From positions 67,644,001 to 67,708,000 of the forward strand of contig OZ076409.1 of assembly GCA_964187785.1 (NCBI GenBank): a stretch of DNA of 64,000 nucleotides, given 5' to 3'. Positions 11,674-64,000 of this stretch are shown in pieces. A model generated the notes under the pieces. The model made no database searches and had not been told where the DNA came from. It saw only the letters and a program-made list of their open reading frames with translations. The translations under genes and the position numbers were made by a program. Each line of letters opens with the position of its first letter. Within the stretch, counting starts at the first letter, position 1. Source of the stretch: Amphiscolops sp. MND2022 (Eukaryota).

Positions 11674-11717
11674 TAGCTTATGGTTTTACTAAATGGGGTA
11701 AACAAAAGTGGAGATTT

Positions 11718-13377
11718 CCCAGGTTTTCAATCTTTGCGAATCTGTAAAGATCTGCAGGATTTCTGCAGATCTTTGCAGAAAATTGCAGATCTGCAGAATT
11801 TTTACAGATCTTTGCAGATATTTGCAGATCTACAGAATTTTTACAGATCTTTGCAGATATGTGCAGATTGGAAAAAAGGACCAACTCAGGAACACAAAAA
11901 ACCCCACAGCAACGTCAAATGCGTAATAAAAGTAAAAACTGCAGCCCACTGTTTCAAAACTATTTTTATACTGTATAGTTTCGTATCTCCGGATTCTGTT
12001 TTAAATACTCCGCTATAGAACAACATGTTTTCCTTACTTTTTAAGGCGACGAGCAAAGCGAGGGGCCTTATTGTTTGCGTTTAGTTTTTTTCGCCAAAAC
12101 GTGACATTCCTCTGCATTTGTAAAAGTTTCGGCTGATTTTCTCCAAGCCTAATTCTCCGAGACAATTCAAAATTTCAAAAACAGATCCGCAACTGAATGC
12201 CCTTTCTGGCCATGTAAAAGGGTCCGAAAACTTTCCCCCTGTGCGATTTTACTAGCTTCGAAAACACGATTTTTGCGAAAAGTTTTAGGGTTTTTTCCCG
12301 ATTTCGTGTAATTTTACCACTTGAACCATATCGAACCGTCTCAAAATAGGTACCAACTGACGCATGAGGATGTCTTCTTTAAGGTCGTGAAAGTTTCATT
12401 ATCTTACAATTATTGGGAGTTGAGAAATTGGCGATAAAAAATCGGGAATTTTTTGGGGTTTTTTGCGCAAACATTTTCTAAACGTAGATTTTGCTCAATT
12501 TTACAACTTAAACGAACTTAAAGTTTTAAAAAAAGAACCGCAACTGAGTGCCCTTTCTAGCCATGTAAGAAGATTCCGACAATTTTTTGCCTGGGCGATT
12601 TTATTAGCTTCGAAAACATGGTTTTTGCGAAAAATTTTTAGGGTTTTTTTTCGATTTTAGGTAACTTTACCGCTTGAACCATTTCGAACCGTCTCAAAAT
12701 AGGTACCAATTGACGCCAGAAAATGTATTCTTTAAGGTCGTGAAAGGTAAATTATTTTACAATTATTGGGCGTTCAGAAAATGGCGATTAAAAATCGAAA
12801 ATTGTTTTGGGTTTTTTTCGAAAAAAAAATCTAAATGTAGATTTTGCTTAATTTTACTACTTGAACGAATCGAACCGGCTCATAATTAGTACCAACCGAC
12901 GCGAGAGGATGTCTTCTTAAAGCTCATTAGAGAAAGTTTCATTATCCTACGATCATGGGTCGTTGAGAAAATGGCGAATAAAAATCGAAAATTTATGATA
13001 TCTTTTGCGATTTTTTTTTGCGAAGAAAGTGTATTTTGACGTACCCCATGCAATTGGGGGTGCTTGGGCGCACTTCCGTAGAACCCATTACTCCTGGGTT
13101 CTCACAAAGAGGTCGTCTGCTCGGGGCCGTCGCGCAATGGCAGTTGCGCCTATGTTTTTTTCTTGAGCTGAGAAGTGCTTAGGTACAGGCTATCACAATG
13201 AATCCAGGATGAAAACCTAAAAGCTGCAGAAATACAAATATTTGCAGAAATCTTTGAAGAAAATCTGCACACTTCTGTAAATTTCTTACAGTTCTGTATG
13301 GATCTTCAAGATTCAGTGCAACGATCTTTGCAGAATCCTGCAGATCTTTACAGATTCGCAAAGATTGAAAACCTGGG
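11718..13377. mobile_element. MITE with CCCAGG...CCTGGG termini, TGCAGATCT-repeat arms and a 2-bp TSD (TT); CACTA/CMC-like
   Basis: TIR cccaggttttcaatctttgcgaatctgtaaagatctgcagg inverted at the right end; TT on both flanks; the empty site ggagatttggcagaattt is seen at ~49544. Confidence 0.8.
12039..13155 (+). mobile_element. Second Helentron-like element nested in the MITE, with ~350-bp internal tandem units
   Basis: Starts in a T-run (ttttaaggcgacgagc) and ends with stem-loop gcgcaa-tggcag-ttgcgc plus ctatgttt; internal units recur near 12188/12538 and 12333/12687/12872. Confidence 0.55.
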
Positions 13378-14207
13378 TTGGCAGAATTTGTGAAAAAAAC
13401 GCAACGCAGATATGATTTTCCTCCCCCATTTATGTGGGCGGAAAATAAAAATTCCAAATTTCTTCCCGCGTACGAGAGGTTTCTGAACCATCAGCAAAAC
13501 ATGTGCAACAAAATGTTTGGTTGTTGCTTGGGCAGTCGGATTTAACATTTAAAGATTTAGACTTCTTTTTCAAGTTCTTTCGTTGGTTTTGAAACATCAC
13601 GAATTCATCGATCTTATAGTTTAATTGTCATGGAAGCGTCGTTTTTTGCTATCAACGCGGTAAAAACGATACGCCATGCTTGAAGTTCATTCTCACAAAA
13701 CAATCAATCAGATCGGTGAACCAACCAATTGAATGTCAAACAATTCTCTGAAATTTATTTCTGCCCTATTCCGCCCAATATCGTGGAGCCCAATTTTCCT
13801 GAATGGAAACCCTACAATGTTGAATTGCTTCCAAACATCGAAATGGCACCCATTATTTTTGAAAATAGTGGAAATTCTGAAAAAAAGTTTTGAATTTTTC
13901 TAATTTTATCAGTTCGTCTAACGACTACTCTGTCATAACCAACTCACACACCTTTGTTTGGTTACAAAAGCGGTTGAGCGATTGTTCAACATTAATTTAC
14001 AGACAAAAATTTACAACGTTGTTAGATGAACTGATAAAATTGAATTGCAGTCCAAAACAGCAAAACACCGTGTCATCTACTTAATAGTCTTTCCACGTCA
14101 CATTGTAATAACCAGTTCCACAAGTTCACACTTAAAACACCTTACGATCACACCTACATGTAACATGCAAATCATATAATACATATAATCGTAAAAACAA
14201 AAATTAC

Positions 14208-16857
14208 CAGAACATCCGAATCCTGACAACCTGCGCCGAACAGCGACGAATGTTGCCGATTTGACGCGACGATCAAATCCCAGAGGTACCGCACGCTGGA
14301 AAAGTCACAATCACGGTACATCGCATCGACAACCAAACACAGGAAGAAACGCACACTCTCGACCTGTCGATCCTCTGAAACGTCAGATCCATTGCGCCAC
14401 ACAGAACCGCCCTCCGCCTCGAGCTGTAGTGCCTCTAGTACAGTCGTGTCAGGACAGACTTCGACTTGTGGAACACTCTCGCCAGCCATTGTTAAAGCGA
14501 ACGCTGCGGACTCCGCCTCCGACATCAGAGTCCCATCTCGTCTACGCAATGGTAAACCCCTTCGTAACCGTGTCAAGCTGTCCAGTCGATGGTGTCTGAC
14601 CCCCCGTAGAATGTTGTGATCCCACGACTGGCTATCTTTACATCCTGCTTACAAAGCAGGCACCTCACGTATGAGTCCCGCGTCAGATGGTCCTTTGCAA
14701 ATCCGAGCGCCAATCCACAATAGGCGTGGTTAAACCATGTCGCCTTTAGAACCTTCCTCCTTGAAATCACAAGTGAAAACGACATTGTAAAACTCATCTT
14801 CCACACATCCTCGGAAAACGAAAACTCTATAATCTAATGAAAACTTCTGAAAGCTCCCCCGGAGTGATGAAAAAATGATGTAAAATAATATTTTCATTGG
14901 AAATTTAAGCGAAAAACGAAGAAAAAACGAAAAGATGAAAAAAAAGAGATGTGTTTGCAAGCCACCAGGACAGAAAATTGAAACTTTAAAAGACGGAAGC
15001 CTCGAACGATGAAAAAGAGATGTATAGAACGACTTTGAACCATAATTGAGATATTTTAAAGCGAAAATAACTTAACGATGAAAAAGAGATGTAAACTGAA
15101 AAGAAAACGATGAAAGTAGCTAAAAGCCGAACGAGAAATTTTAAGGATGTAAAAGAGATGGAAAGTTCAAAAAATGATCAGAAAAGAAAAAACGCTATAC
15201 TCAAGACTTTTGGCGATGAGAAAGTGATGGAAAATGAAAAACTGCAGAAAATCATATAGAAAAAATAGAAAAACGATGGGAAATAGATGGAAAAGAAGAA
15301 AGACGTGAAAGAACACTGGTGAAAGTGGAAATGAAAGAAGAAATGATTAAAAGCTACCGGTCAGATACTTCACAGGGTTAAAGCTGTTTAGGTAACCTGG
15401 CAAGCGAGACGCAATGGGCTCGTCGTCGGAGTCCACGAGACTGGGTCCCATGGGAGACGTCTCAGCAGACACAGGAATCAGACCGGGAACAGCACCTTCT
15501 GGAGCAGGCTCAGCGGACAGAGGATCACCAGCAGGAACATCCTCGACTGCTTCTAGAAGGGTATCAGTGCTGTCGGTTGATGGCACGTCAGACTGCTCAA
15601 CGTCAGCCTCCACAGTTTCAGGGACGCTACTAGCTGGCGGAGAGGGAGCAGCCGAAAGAGGTTCCACAGGAGGATCATAATCCGTGGAAGTCTCGCCAGT
15701 TTCCACAACGGCCTGAACGGACTGGTCAACAACAGCCACGCAGGCATCGACTGCCACATCCACAGGAGTGACGACGGCACTGACTCCTGCCTCTACGGTG
15801 ACGCGAACAGGAGGAGAAGGACTTTGAATTGCTGATTCGCGGTCCAGAAATCGCTGAAAGCTCGGCGAGAGCACCGACACTGGGGCACGTGCCACTGGGG
15901 AGCTGATCGCACCCAGAGACAAGTCCTGGAGGAACGAGGACATCTCCAGGGAAGAAGGCCCTCCTTGAGTAGCAGCATCAACCTGTGATGCACCAAAGTC
16001 GCTCGTTCCTATACCCACGGAGTACGTGATAGGGAGAGGCCTTGGGGCGTGGATAGGAGTCGGACCTGAAAGAAGAAAAACAGAAATCAGACGACGACAG
16101 AAGATGAAGAGAGTGCGCGTACACCGCGCGAAGAAAGAAAACGGGAAACGAAGTCACCAAAATTTCACCCTCAAAAATGGAATTCGCAAACGGATTAGCC
16201 ACGAAGGACAGTGAATGTCCATGACGCATCTCAAATTCATCTTAAAAAATGAATTTTATAGGTAATCGACCGTGAAGGGCACTACATGCAGATGAGATGT
16301 TTACATCGGAATTACATCGGAGTGTCCGGACGATACCTTAGTACAGACGGAAATGTGAAAAGGAGTCAACTCACTATACTGCTGGATGCTATCTCGTAGC
16401 ATGTCCCGCATGTGGCGATCGTACCACTCGAAGGTGATGCTACCGAGGGAAGCATGCCAAGGATAGTGATCTAAACATCAAACGGAAAGAGTCAACATCT
16501 GAAGGGACCAGAGATGAGAAATGAAGAGATTGTGGACTGAATTGAAGATCTGGAGGGACAGAACTTACACTGCGGAAGATACGGGACATTGGGAGCCTGA
16601 CCAAACGGGTGATCAAGTTGAAACTGAGGTTCAAGAGCTGCTGCTTGAGCTTCGGGAGCCTCTTGAGGTGGCACGGTCTGCAAAGTAGTCAGCTCAGAGA
16701 CGACGCCGACAGATTGAACCGAGTCCGCTAATCAGCCAAGACGCGTTTTCAGCACCTAATTGTTCCCTGACCCGTTTGTGAAAGAAAAGAAAATGGTACA
16801 CTTACTTTCTGTAGCTTCGGTCTCTGGAAGAGAATGAACAAAATGGATGTCAGACAT
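14208..16857 (-). pseudogene. Spliced BED-finger gene homologous to 1-3998, truncated. Exons 16857-16806, 16727-16569, 16470-16375, 16240-16169, 16065-(~15396, or stop at 15347), 14826-14208 (frameshift at ~14605)
   Basis: Four phase-1 GT-AG introns give one frame (MSDIHFVHSLPETEATE...) with an S/P/acidic-rich region. The next exon encodes CLLCKQDVKIASRGITTF../GVRHHRLD..RLRRGLPL and FFLCLVVDAMYRDCDFSSVRYLWDLI, which align by eye to the gene at 2321-2898. The link to that exon is inferred. Confidence 0.7.
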
Positions 16858-17354
16858 CACTGTAGTTTTGCAAAACAATCTGAAAAGGAACGGAAGAGAG
16901 TGGGGAAAGGAACGAAATCGAAGAATCTGAGGACAAGAATTTGATCAGTAATTAAATGGCCTGATCAACCATGATTGCGAGATACAAATTCGCGGAAAAT
17001 TTCAAAGAGCGCGGATGCAGCTTGAATGCCAGGACAAACCAAATACTTGAAATTCAGAAGATGGAAAATCGATGAAAAACTCTCCGATTTCAATGACTGC
17101 CTACACTTTTCTTCCTAGTTCAACCAACTTGACAATTTTCTCTGAAAATGAATCACCCCCCAGAATTTGACTACAAAAGCTTCAAGTATTTGATTTTGAT
17201 GACAGCTGCCAGTCTCAGATCAATACCGATGAAGTTGAGCGGAAACGCGCAAAGGAAATCGTGGCGATTTTCAAACCGATTTGACGGAAGATGATTCAAG
17301 GATGAGAATATTTGTTGACAATCGGTTGGATTTCTTTCAGTTCATAAAATTCAG

Positions 17355-17490
17355 TTTTCAGCCAATCAGAATTAGCAGTGATTGCTATGGCAACAGGCCA
17401 TCTCTTTCTCATCGCTGAGATTTCAGACAGCGGAAGTAGCTTCAACGGTTACTATGACAACGACTCATCTCTTTCTTATCGCGGAAGCTG
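17355..17490. promoter_or_regulatory. Putative divergent promoter with CCAAT, two X-box-like and ETS-like motifs
   Basis: gccaatcag at 17361, gattgctatggcaac at 17380-17394, cggaagt at ~17431, ggttactatgacaac at 17447-17461. Confidence 0.4.
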
Positions 17491-17997
17491 ATAGTAGAGC
17501 AACGGCGCCATTCGTCTGCTAAATCAACATCGATGTCTCGCTGTGTAAACAATTCATCGTTCATTCATCTCCGACTCGCTCCCAATTTGTCAATGAAGCT
17601 AGTCGAATTGTTTATTCAGTGTAGGCGTTTTGGAGGGAAACTTTTGTCCGAAGAAATCAGCTTCTACCGAAAATAACCAGCCGAAACTCCCATCAAAAGC
17701 ATGACAACCAATAAAATGCAGATCAGCGGCATTCGATGGACCAAGAACTAGAGTTGCTGCGTCGAGAAAATTTAACCGAAATCACCCAGATTGAAACCAG
17801 ACATGACGATTGCCGAAAGTCCTCTTCTCAGAGAAGGTTTGCATAGGACAGAACAAACGAAGGACATGCCAATTCAGAACTAACGAAGGTCATTTTCTCC
17901 CCAACTAAACGAAGGAAGCAGTCGAAGCCAACGCCGAGACAACCATCCTCTGCACATTTGGCCCCTGCACTCTCAATCCAAATCCCACCCCGGGGAG

Positions 17998-18376
17998 TGT
18001 CATGCCAGCATGATGGAAATATAATCTACTAAATATCTGTAATGTAAATATTATGTCCTATGTACTTAGATATGGGCAATATGATGTCATATAATAAGGG
18101 CCATGGTTGTGAGCAACCCTACGTTACTTGTACTTTAATCCCTTCCCCCTTGAGTGTGAGTTATATATATTTACTTAATACTGAGCGCTCTAGTTCCGGT
18201 GTCCGCATAAATGATCTTGCCAGAAAATGGCCTTGAAAAAGTGCTATATTTCATAAATATTGGTTTGTCACGACAAGGGAGAGAAGTTTTCCGGTCAGAC
18301 CGGACCGAGAGATATTGAAAGTAATGGAAAGTATAACTTCTACTAACTCCCCGCCTCAGAGTATGTAGTTGTGACA
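17998..18376 (+). mobile_element. Putative 3' LTR with upstream purine tract
   Basis: GGGGAG at 17992-17997 directly followed by TGTCATG; ends GTGACA at 18376; TATA-like ttatatatat inside. Confidence 0.6.
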
Positions 18377-18379
18377 AAT

Positions 18380-19220
18380 TCCACTAAATTCATCACAAAT
18401 TCATCGTCGAATTTGGTGATGACTTTGACCTGATTAGAAATTTCACTTGGAATCCATCAGCGGATTCAACGGTGCTTTTAACTAAAGTTCATCGCAACCC
18501 CATCCTCAAAAATTGCGAGTGAACTTTACATGGGACTTTAAACTAATTTTCATCAATTATCCATCAGCGGATTTTATGGGACTTATTTTAGCAAAACTCA
18601 TCTTTAATTCATCGCGATTATCTCACTTAGAAACTCCTGAAATGTGCTTCTCATTTCTAAAGAACAGTAACCCATCCTTTACTCATCGTGTTCACTAGTA
18701 CAGAAGTGAAATGAGAAAGTACATCCTTAATCCATCCTAAGAAAGAGTGAAAGTGCTGGTTATCTGATTTGTTTAGTAAACCCATCCTTAATTCATCTTG
18801 ATTTTCGTCCGTGCTGAAAATTAACCATTTTGGTGGATGAGTTCATCCTAAACTCATCGCCAGTTTATATTGCTTTGGTATTTGCTGTTTTAACTGACAA
18901 GTTCATCTTAAACCCATCGCCAAAGTTCACCTGTACTAGAATTGGCATTATCAACTGAATTCATCCTGAATTCATCGTCAGTTTAATCTGTGCTGGAAAT
19001 TGGCAAATTATACGTGGAGTTCATCCTTTTATCATCGTCAGTTTGAATTGTGATGATTTTCGAGCGAGAAAGACCACCATTCATCGCATTTCCATCCAGA
19101 GCTAAACCAGAATTGAAAAACTGCAAATATTCTTACAAGTTCATCGCTTTTACATCTTCAATTTTTAGATCATTGGTTTTGGTGCTAGAATCAGCGGAAA
19201 ACATCGTTTCCCCATCCCAG
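18380..19220. repeat. Degenerate ~60-bp tandem repeat (ttcatcct-aa-ttcatcg core)
   Basis: The motif recurs at nearly the same column of consecutive 60-nt lines, 18721-19201. Confidence 0.7.
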
Positions 19221-19285
19221 GTTGTGCTTTACCTTAGATTGACCTAAAAATAGTGCGTTATTGAATGATTTGAGCTCATTTTAGT

Positions 19286-20194
19286 TGTCGTAGAAACCAT
19301 GATACTACGTGCAGGCAATTGCGACATTGTAAATTGATGACTAAACACCATTAACGTATGTAGAAGTACCATGATGCGTAGCCACCTTGCGGCAGTTCAC
19401 AACACTGGTCACGTGACTTACCATTTTAACACCAGCTGGTAACAGCCAATGAGAGAAGGTTGGTAAGAGATTTAGCGTCTTACCAACCGAAAAGACACGT
19501 GAACTGCTGTAATTTGGACCGCCATTAGCAATTACTAAGAACCCGAATTGAGACAAGCTACTGACCGGTTGGATATTTTAACACGTGAAAGTCATTAAAA
19601 CACACATCTCTATTTCATCTTCAGAAGGTACAGAACTGAATTTGAGTAATTTCTTGGTACATCTACGACTGCGATGAAAATCGGATGAACTTTTCCTAAC
19701 TACCTTGCTAATTTCCTTCTTCTTACCTAACTGCTTACTTGCTTGTTACAACTTCATTTTCCTAAAACATCTCAGTTCAGATTAGTGAATTTTGAGATCG
19801 AATAACCACTTAAATCAGTAAAATACATCGAAACAGCATCTCAGATAATCCAGTCTTCACTCATAATTCTTTTCTCTCGATTACATGAATCCAGATCAAG
19901 GCACCGAACTTAGAAGCGGTAGAGTTATAAATTCCCCGTCAGAAACATCCTCTCCAATAGATCCAGACATGGCTCAGTCGTCCGCCAATGACTCTGACAA
20001 CAACGAAGCTTCAGGTATCTCGTCCCAGTTGTCTGAAATAAGGGAAAACTATGAGAAGAAGATAAACGAGTTACAAAGCGAGTTTAGTCAACTGAAGAAC
20101 TTGTTAATGGCAGTTATTAGTAAAAGTGACGAAAATAACTTACCTTCGTCATCGCAAAGTTCTTCAAAGCCGGCCCACACAGTAGGGTTAGACA
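19286..20194 (+). mobile_element. Probable solo LTR containing a gag-like N-terminal ORF (19885-20194)
   Basis: TGTC start at 19286 and GACA end at 20194; ORF MNPDQGTELRSGRV... with coiled coil LSEIRENYEKKINELQSEFSQLKNLLMAVI. No TSD found. Confidence 0.5.
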
Positions 20195-20305
20195 GTCCTC
20201 TTTATGTATACCAAAACAATGTGAGAGGAATTTAAAAAAATAAATTTTCACCTCCAATAACCCGAAAATCCAAGAGTATTAATTGACAATATAGATCATT
20301 AAATT

Positions 20306-20775
20306 CGTGTCCGTTTAAGTTCGCCACTTTTAAGTTCGCCACATATAAGTTAGCCCGTAAATCTTAGCCATATTTAATTTAGCCACCATATATGTTCGCC
20401 ACATACAAGTTCGCCACATTTTCGGCCAATCAAATTCGAGCATTCAAAATTACGATAACGTAGTCAGATATGTTCACATACCCCTAGTGCCCTAAATGCA
20501 GGAGCGAAGCGAAGCGGAGCGACGTGCCATATGGCCATGCCTCAATGTTGCTACTTGGCGAAGGGAGCGAAGCCACCGAGCCATACAACAAGTATGCTAA
20601 TCGCCACTAAATATAACCAAATGAAAATAATCGCTGATATGGAATTCTTTCATTAGCTGAAATGTGGCGAAAATAAACGTGGCGATCTTATATGGTGGCT
20701 AACTTGAACGTGGCTAAGTTTTACGGGCTAACTTATACGTGGCGAACTTAAATATGGCGAACTTACAACGGCACC
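20306..20775. mobile_element. Foldback/Mutator-like MITE with a 9-bp TSD
   Basis: Long inverted arms made of aagttcgccac repeats; CATTAAATT at 20297-20305 and 20776-20784. Confidence 0.8.
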
Positions 20776-20983
20776 CATTAAATTTTTACTCGTACGAACT
20801 AGTCGTGCGTGAACTTTGGGTACCCTAATGTAGACTTCTAATGTAATTCATACTTCTTCCGACTGGTGTTGAATTTTTAAACATTTGTTCACAACCATTC
20901 GACTCAAAAACAGAATCCGATAAACTAATTAGTTTATTAATCCGATGAACTAATATCTAATTCAACAATAAACGCAAAATCCC

Positions 20984-21475
20984 GGATGATGTCATCAATG
21001 ATGAACAAAAATATAAACAGCCAATTTTAAACGGGACAAAACAGCCGATTTTTAAAATAGGACAAAACAGCCGATTGTAAAACAGTACAAAATCGCCAAT
21101 TGGTAAAAATAAAAATCGCCGATTTTGTCAATGCGTAAGATTAGCAGTCAATAAAATTATTATTATAACGTAGTCAGCTATGTTAACATACCCCTAGTGC
21201 CCTAAATGCAGGAGCGAAGCGAAGCGGAGCGACATGCCATATGGCCATGCCTTAATGTTGCTACTTTGCGAAGGGAGCGAAGCGACCAGCCATACAACAA
21301 ATATGCTAATCTCTTCGAATAAATCAAGTTCCGTGTATATTGGCTGTACAGCACTCATTTTGTTCCGTTTTGAAAATCGGCTGTTTTGTCCCGTTTTGAA
21401 AATCGGCTATTTTGTCTCGTTTTGAAAATCAGCTGTTTTGTCTCGTTTTAGAATCGGCTGTTTTGTCCCGCATCC
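20984..21475. mobile_element. Foldback-type element with gacaaaacagccgatt arms
   Basis: Tandem 23-24-bp units at 21030-21125 are inverted at 21360-21470; the central ~146 bp is shared with 20455-20602. Confidence 0.65.
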
Positions 21476-22745
21476 ATATCAATCAATACGGAATTTAAAA
21501 TGAATCTTTAAGGTTCTTGTTTTTTGAGTATATGAATATGCCAGGCGACAAACAAAATTTTTTCATTACTTCAGGCTATAGTTGAACAAACAAGTCTTCC
21601 AAAGCATAGTCAAATTGTAAGAAACCCTCTTCCACACTGCATATCGTCTCGAGTAGAATCTTGGCCGGATTAAATAGTGATGAGAAACAAGTTGTTTCAG
21701 CAGTGAATGCCAAAGTTGAACTCGAGGTCAGTTGCGATTTAGAACGCATAAGATTTTTTACACAAACAGGCTTTAACTAAATCAAAGAACAACCTCACAT
21801 CGAAAACTTCTTTATTTTTTATCAGTCTGGTAAAAACAAGTGTTTGCAACTACATACTCCATCGTTCAAAAAATTAGTTATGTTCTTCCGACTTTCACAT
21901 CTAATGCTTCTACATTGTATATTGTAATATAATCTATGGTAAAAACACAGAGCAGATCATTAGATAATACTTTTTGGTCAGAATACCGAACGACCTGCTG
22001 TAAAGTGTTTCAGCTTTAGACCAAACTAATGGTTGAATGATTATTTAAATGGCCGCAGTCTAAGATCTTTTGCTGCATAATTTCTGCTTCTGTGCATCAT
22101 AATTACTTGAGTTGTTTTTGCCTGAATGGGAGTGCTTCAATTGATTACTGCGCAGAAAGTTTGAAAAAGTGTGAGACACCGGCCATACGAAAACAGACTG
22201 CAAAGTTTTACTGAACAAGTGTTCAACTTTTGCCAGCTTCGTTGTTCTCATTTTTCGTTAGTTAATTTGTGACCTAGCCCAGTATATTTGACTTTTCACT
22301 CAATCAATGTGATTTTTATTGTTTTAATTAAACCTAAGAAACGATTTATTACTTTTGTTGCAGATTTATTTTCTGAACGAGCCCTAAACGTTTGAAAATA
22401 GCGTTATAATTAAGTTTAAAATCATGCCGAAGAATTTTACTTTATTTTAAATCCACTTTTTGGTTCGTGGAATCAATGTATTATTGTTCCTAGTAACGCG
22501 AGATATACTTCTATGTTTCGGTACTATAACCCGGAAGAACCCTCTTGGAACTTTCTAGATTATTTTCGTTTCACAAATTTTGCATTTACACTAGAAAGTG
22601 GCTCCAAAAGCATTAGCTATCGTAGATGAATCAGATGAATTTTATAACGATAAAACGTTTCTGTCATAACCTCCGAATATACTCGGGCAAGTCAGAGGAG
22701 TGTTTTCGTACAAAATTATGCCTTGAGTGCCCGAAAAAAAAGAAA

Positions 22746-22891
22746 GAGGTCCGAATGATAAAAATTTCATGTTTCTCCAGAAACGCTGAAAAATTGTCGG
22801 ATAACACTGCATGTAAAGTCTTAACTTGTAGTGTATTCCGACAATTTTTCAGCGTTTCTGGAGAAAAGCGAAATTTTATTATTCGGATCTC
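22746..22891. repeat. Inverted repeat upstream of the ABCB start codon
   Basis: Perfect 30-bp arms at 22772-22801 and 22837-22866, extended imperfectly on both sides. Confidence 0.85.
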
Positions 22892-23055
22892 ATTTGGGTT
22901 TTTTAAAATGATAATTTCAAAAACATAAACAAATACCAACTTTTTAAAGGCTACTAATGTTTTTGATTTTTTTTTCACTTTGAAAAAGTGAAGTGGCAAA
23001 AAAGCATTGATCGAGACCGATCCAGTTGCTACTGCTGGGTTGAAAGAGGTGCGAA

Positions 23056-64000
<40,945 letters not shown>

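Larger units (their letters stand above)
11552..13448 (-). mobile_element. Non-autonomous Helentron-like (HINE/DINE-1-type) element, family A, with nested insertions
   Basis: On the minus strand: starts TTATTTTCCGCCC plus hairpin, and ends with subTIR GCGGAAAATA, a small stem-loop and TTGTT. The same ends occur at 23297-26492 and 49406-49622. Confidence 0.65.

Noticed and set aside
11678..12018. Overlapping ORFs with LQIFADLQ-like repeats (also 30867-31191 and 55578-56541)
   Set aside because: Products of MITE arm minisatellites.

Overview
Eukaryotic (animal-like), AT-rich, repeat-dense genomic DNA. The main gene is a full-length ABCB/P-glycoprotein transporter on the + strand: 23 coding exons from 23056 to beyond 64000, about 1290 codons, two TMDs and two intact NBDs. 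Its exon 8 is present twice because of a recent ~3.78-kb tandem duplication and uses a GC donor. Its introns hold a decayed Gypsy element with a nested LINE, Helentron-like non-autonomous elements, MITEs and microsatellites. The most interesting signal is in the first 18 kb. Two diverged segments (1-6987 and ~14100-18376) share one layout: an antisense, intron-containing gene for a BED zinc-finger, hAT-transposase-like protein (apparently lacking catalytic residues in the fuller copy), a divergent promoter, a short sense ORF, a polypurine tract and a TGTCA...TGACA LTR. I infer these are the 3' parts of LTR retrotransposons carrying a spliced antisense cargo gene captured from a DNA transposon. 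All gene models were built by eye from splice signals and frame continuity; no database searches were run.
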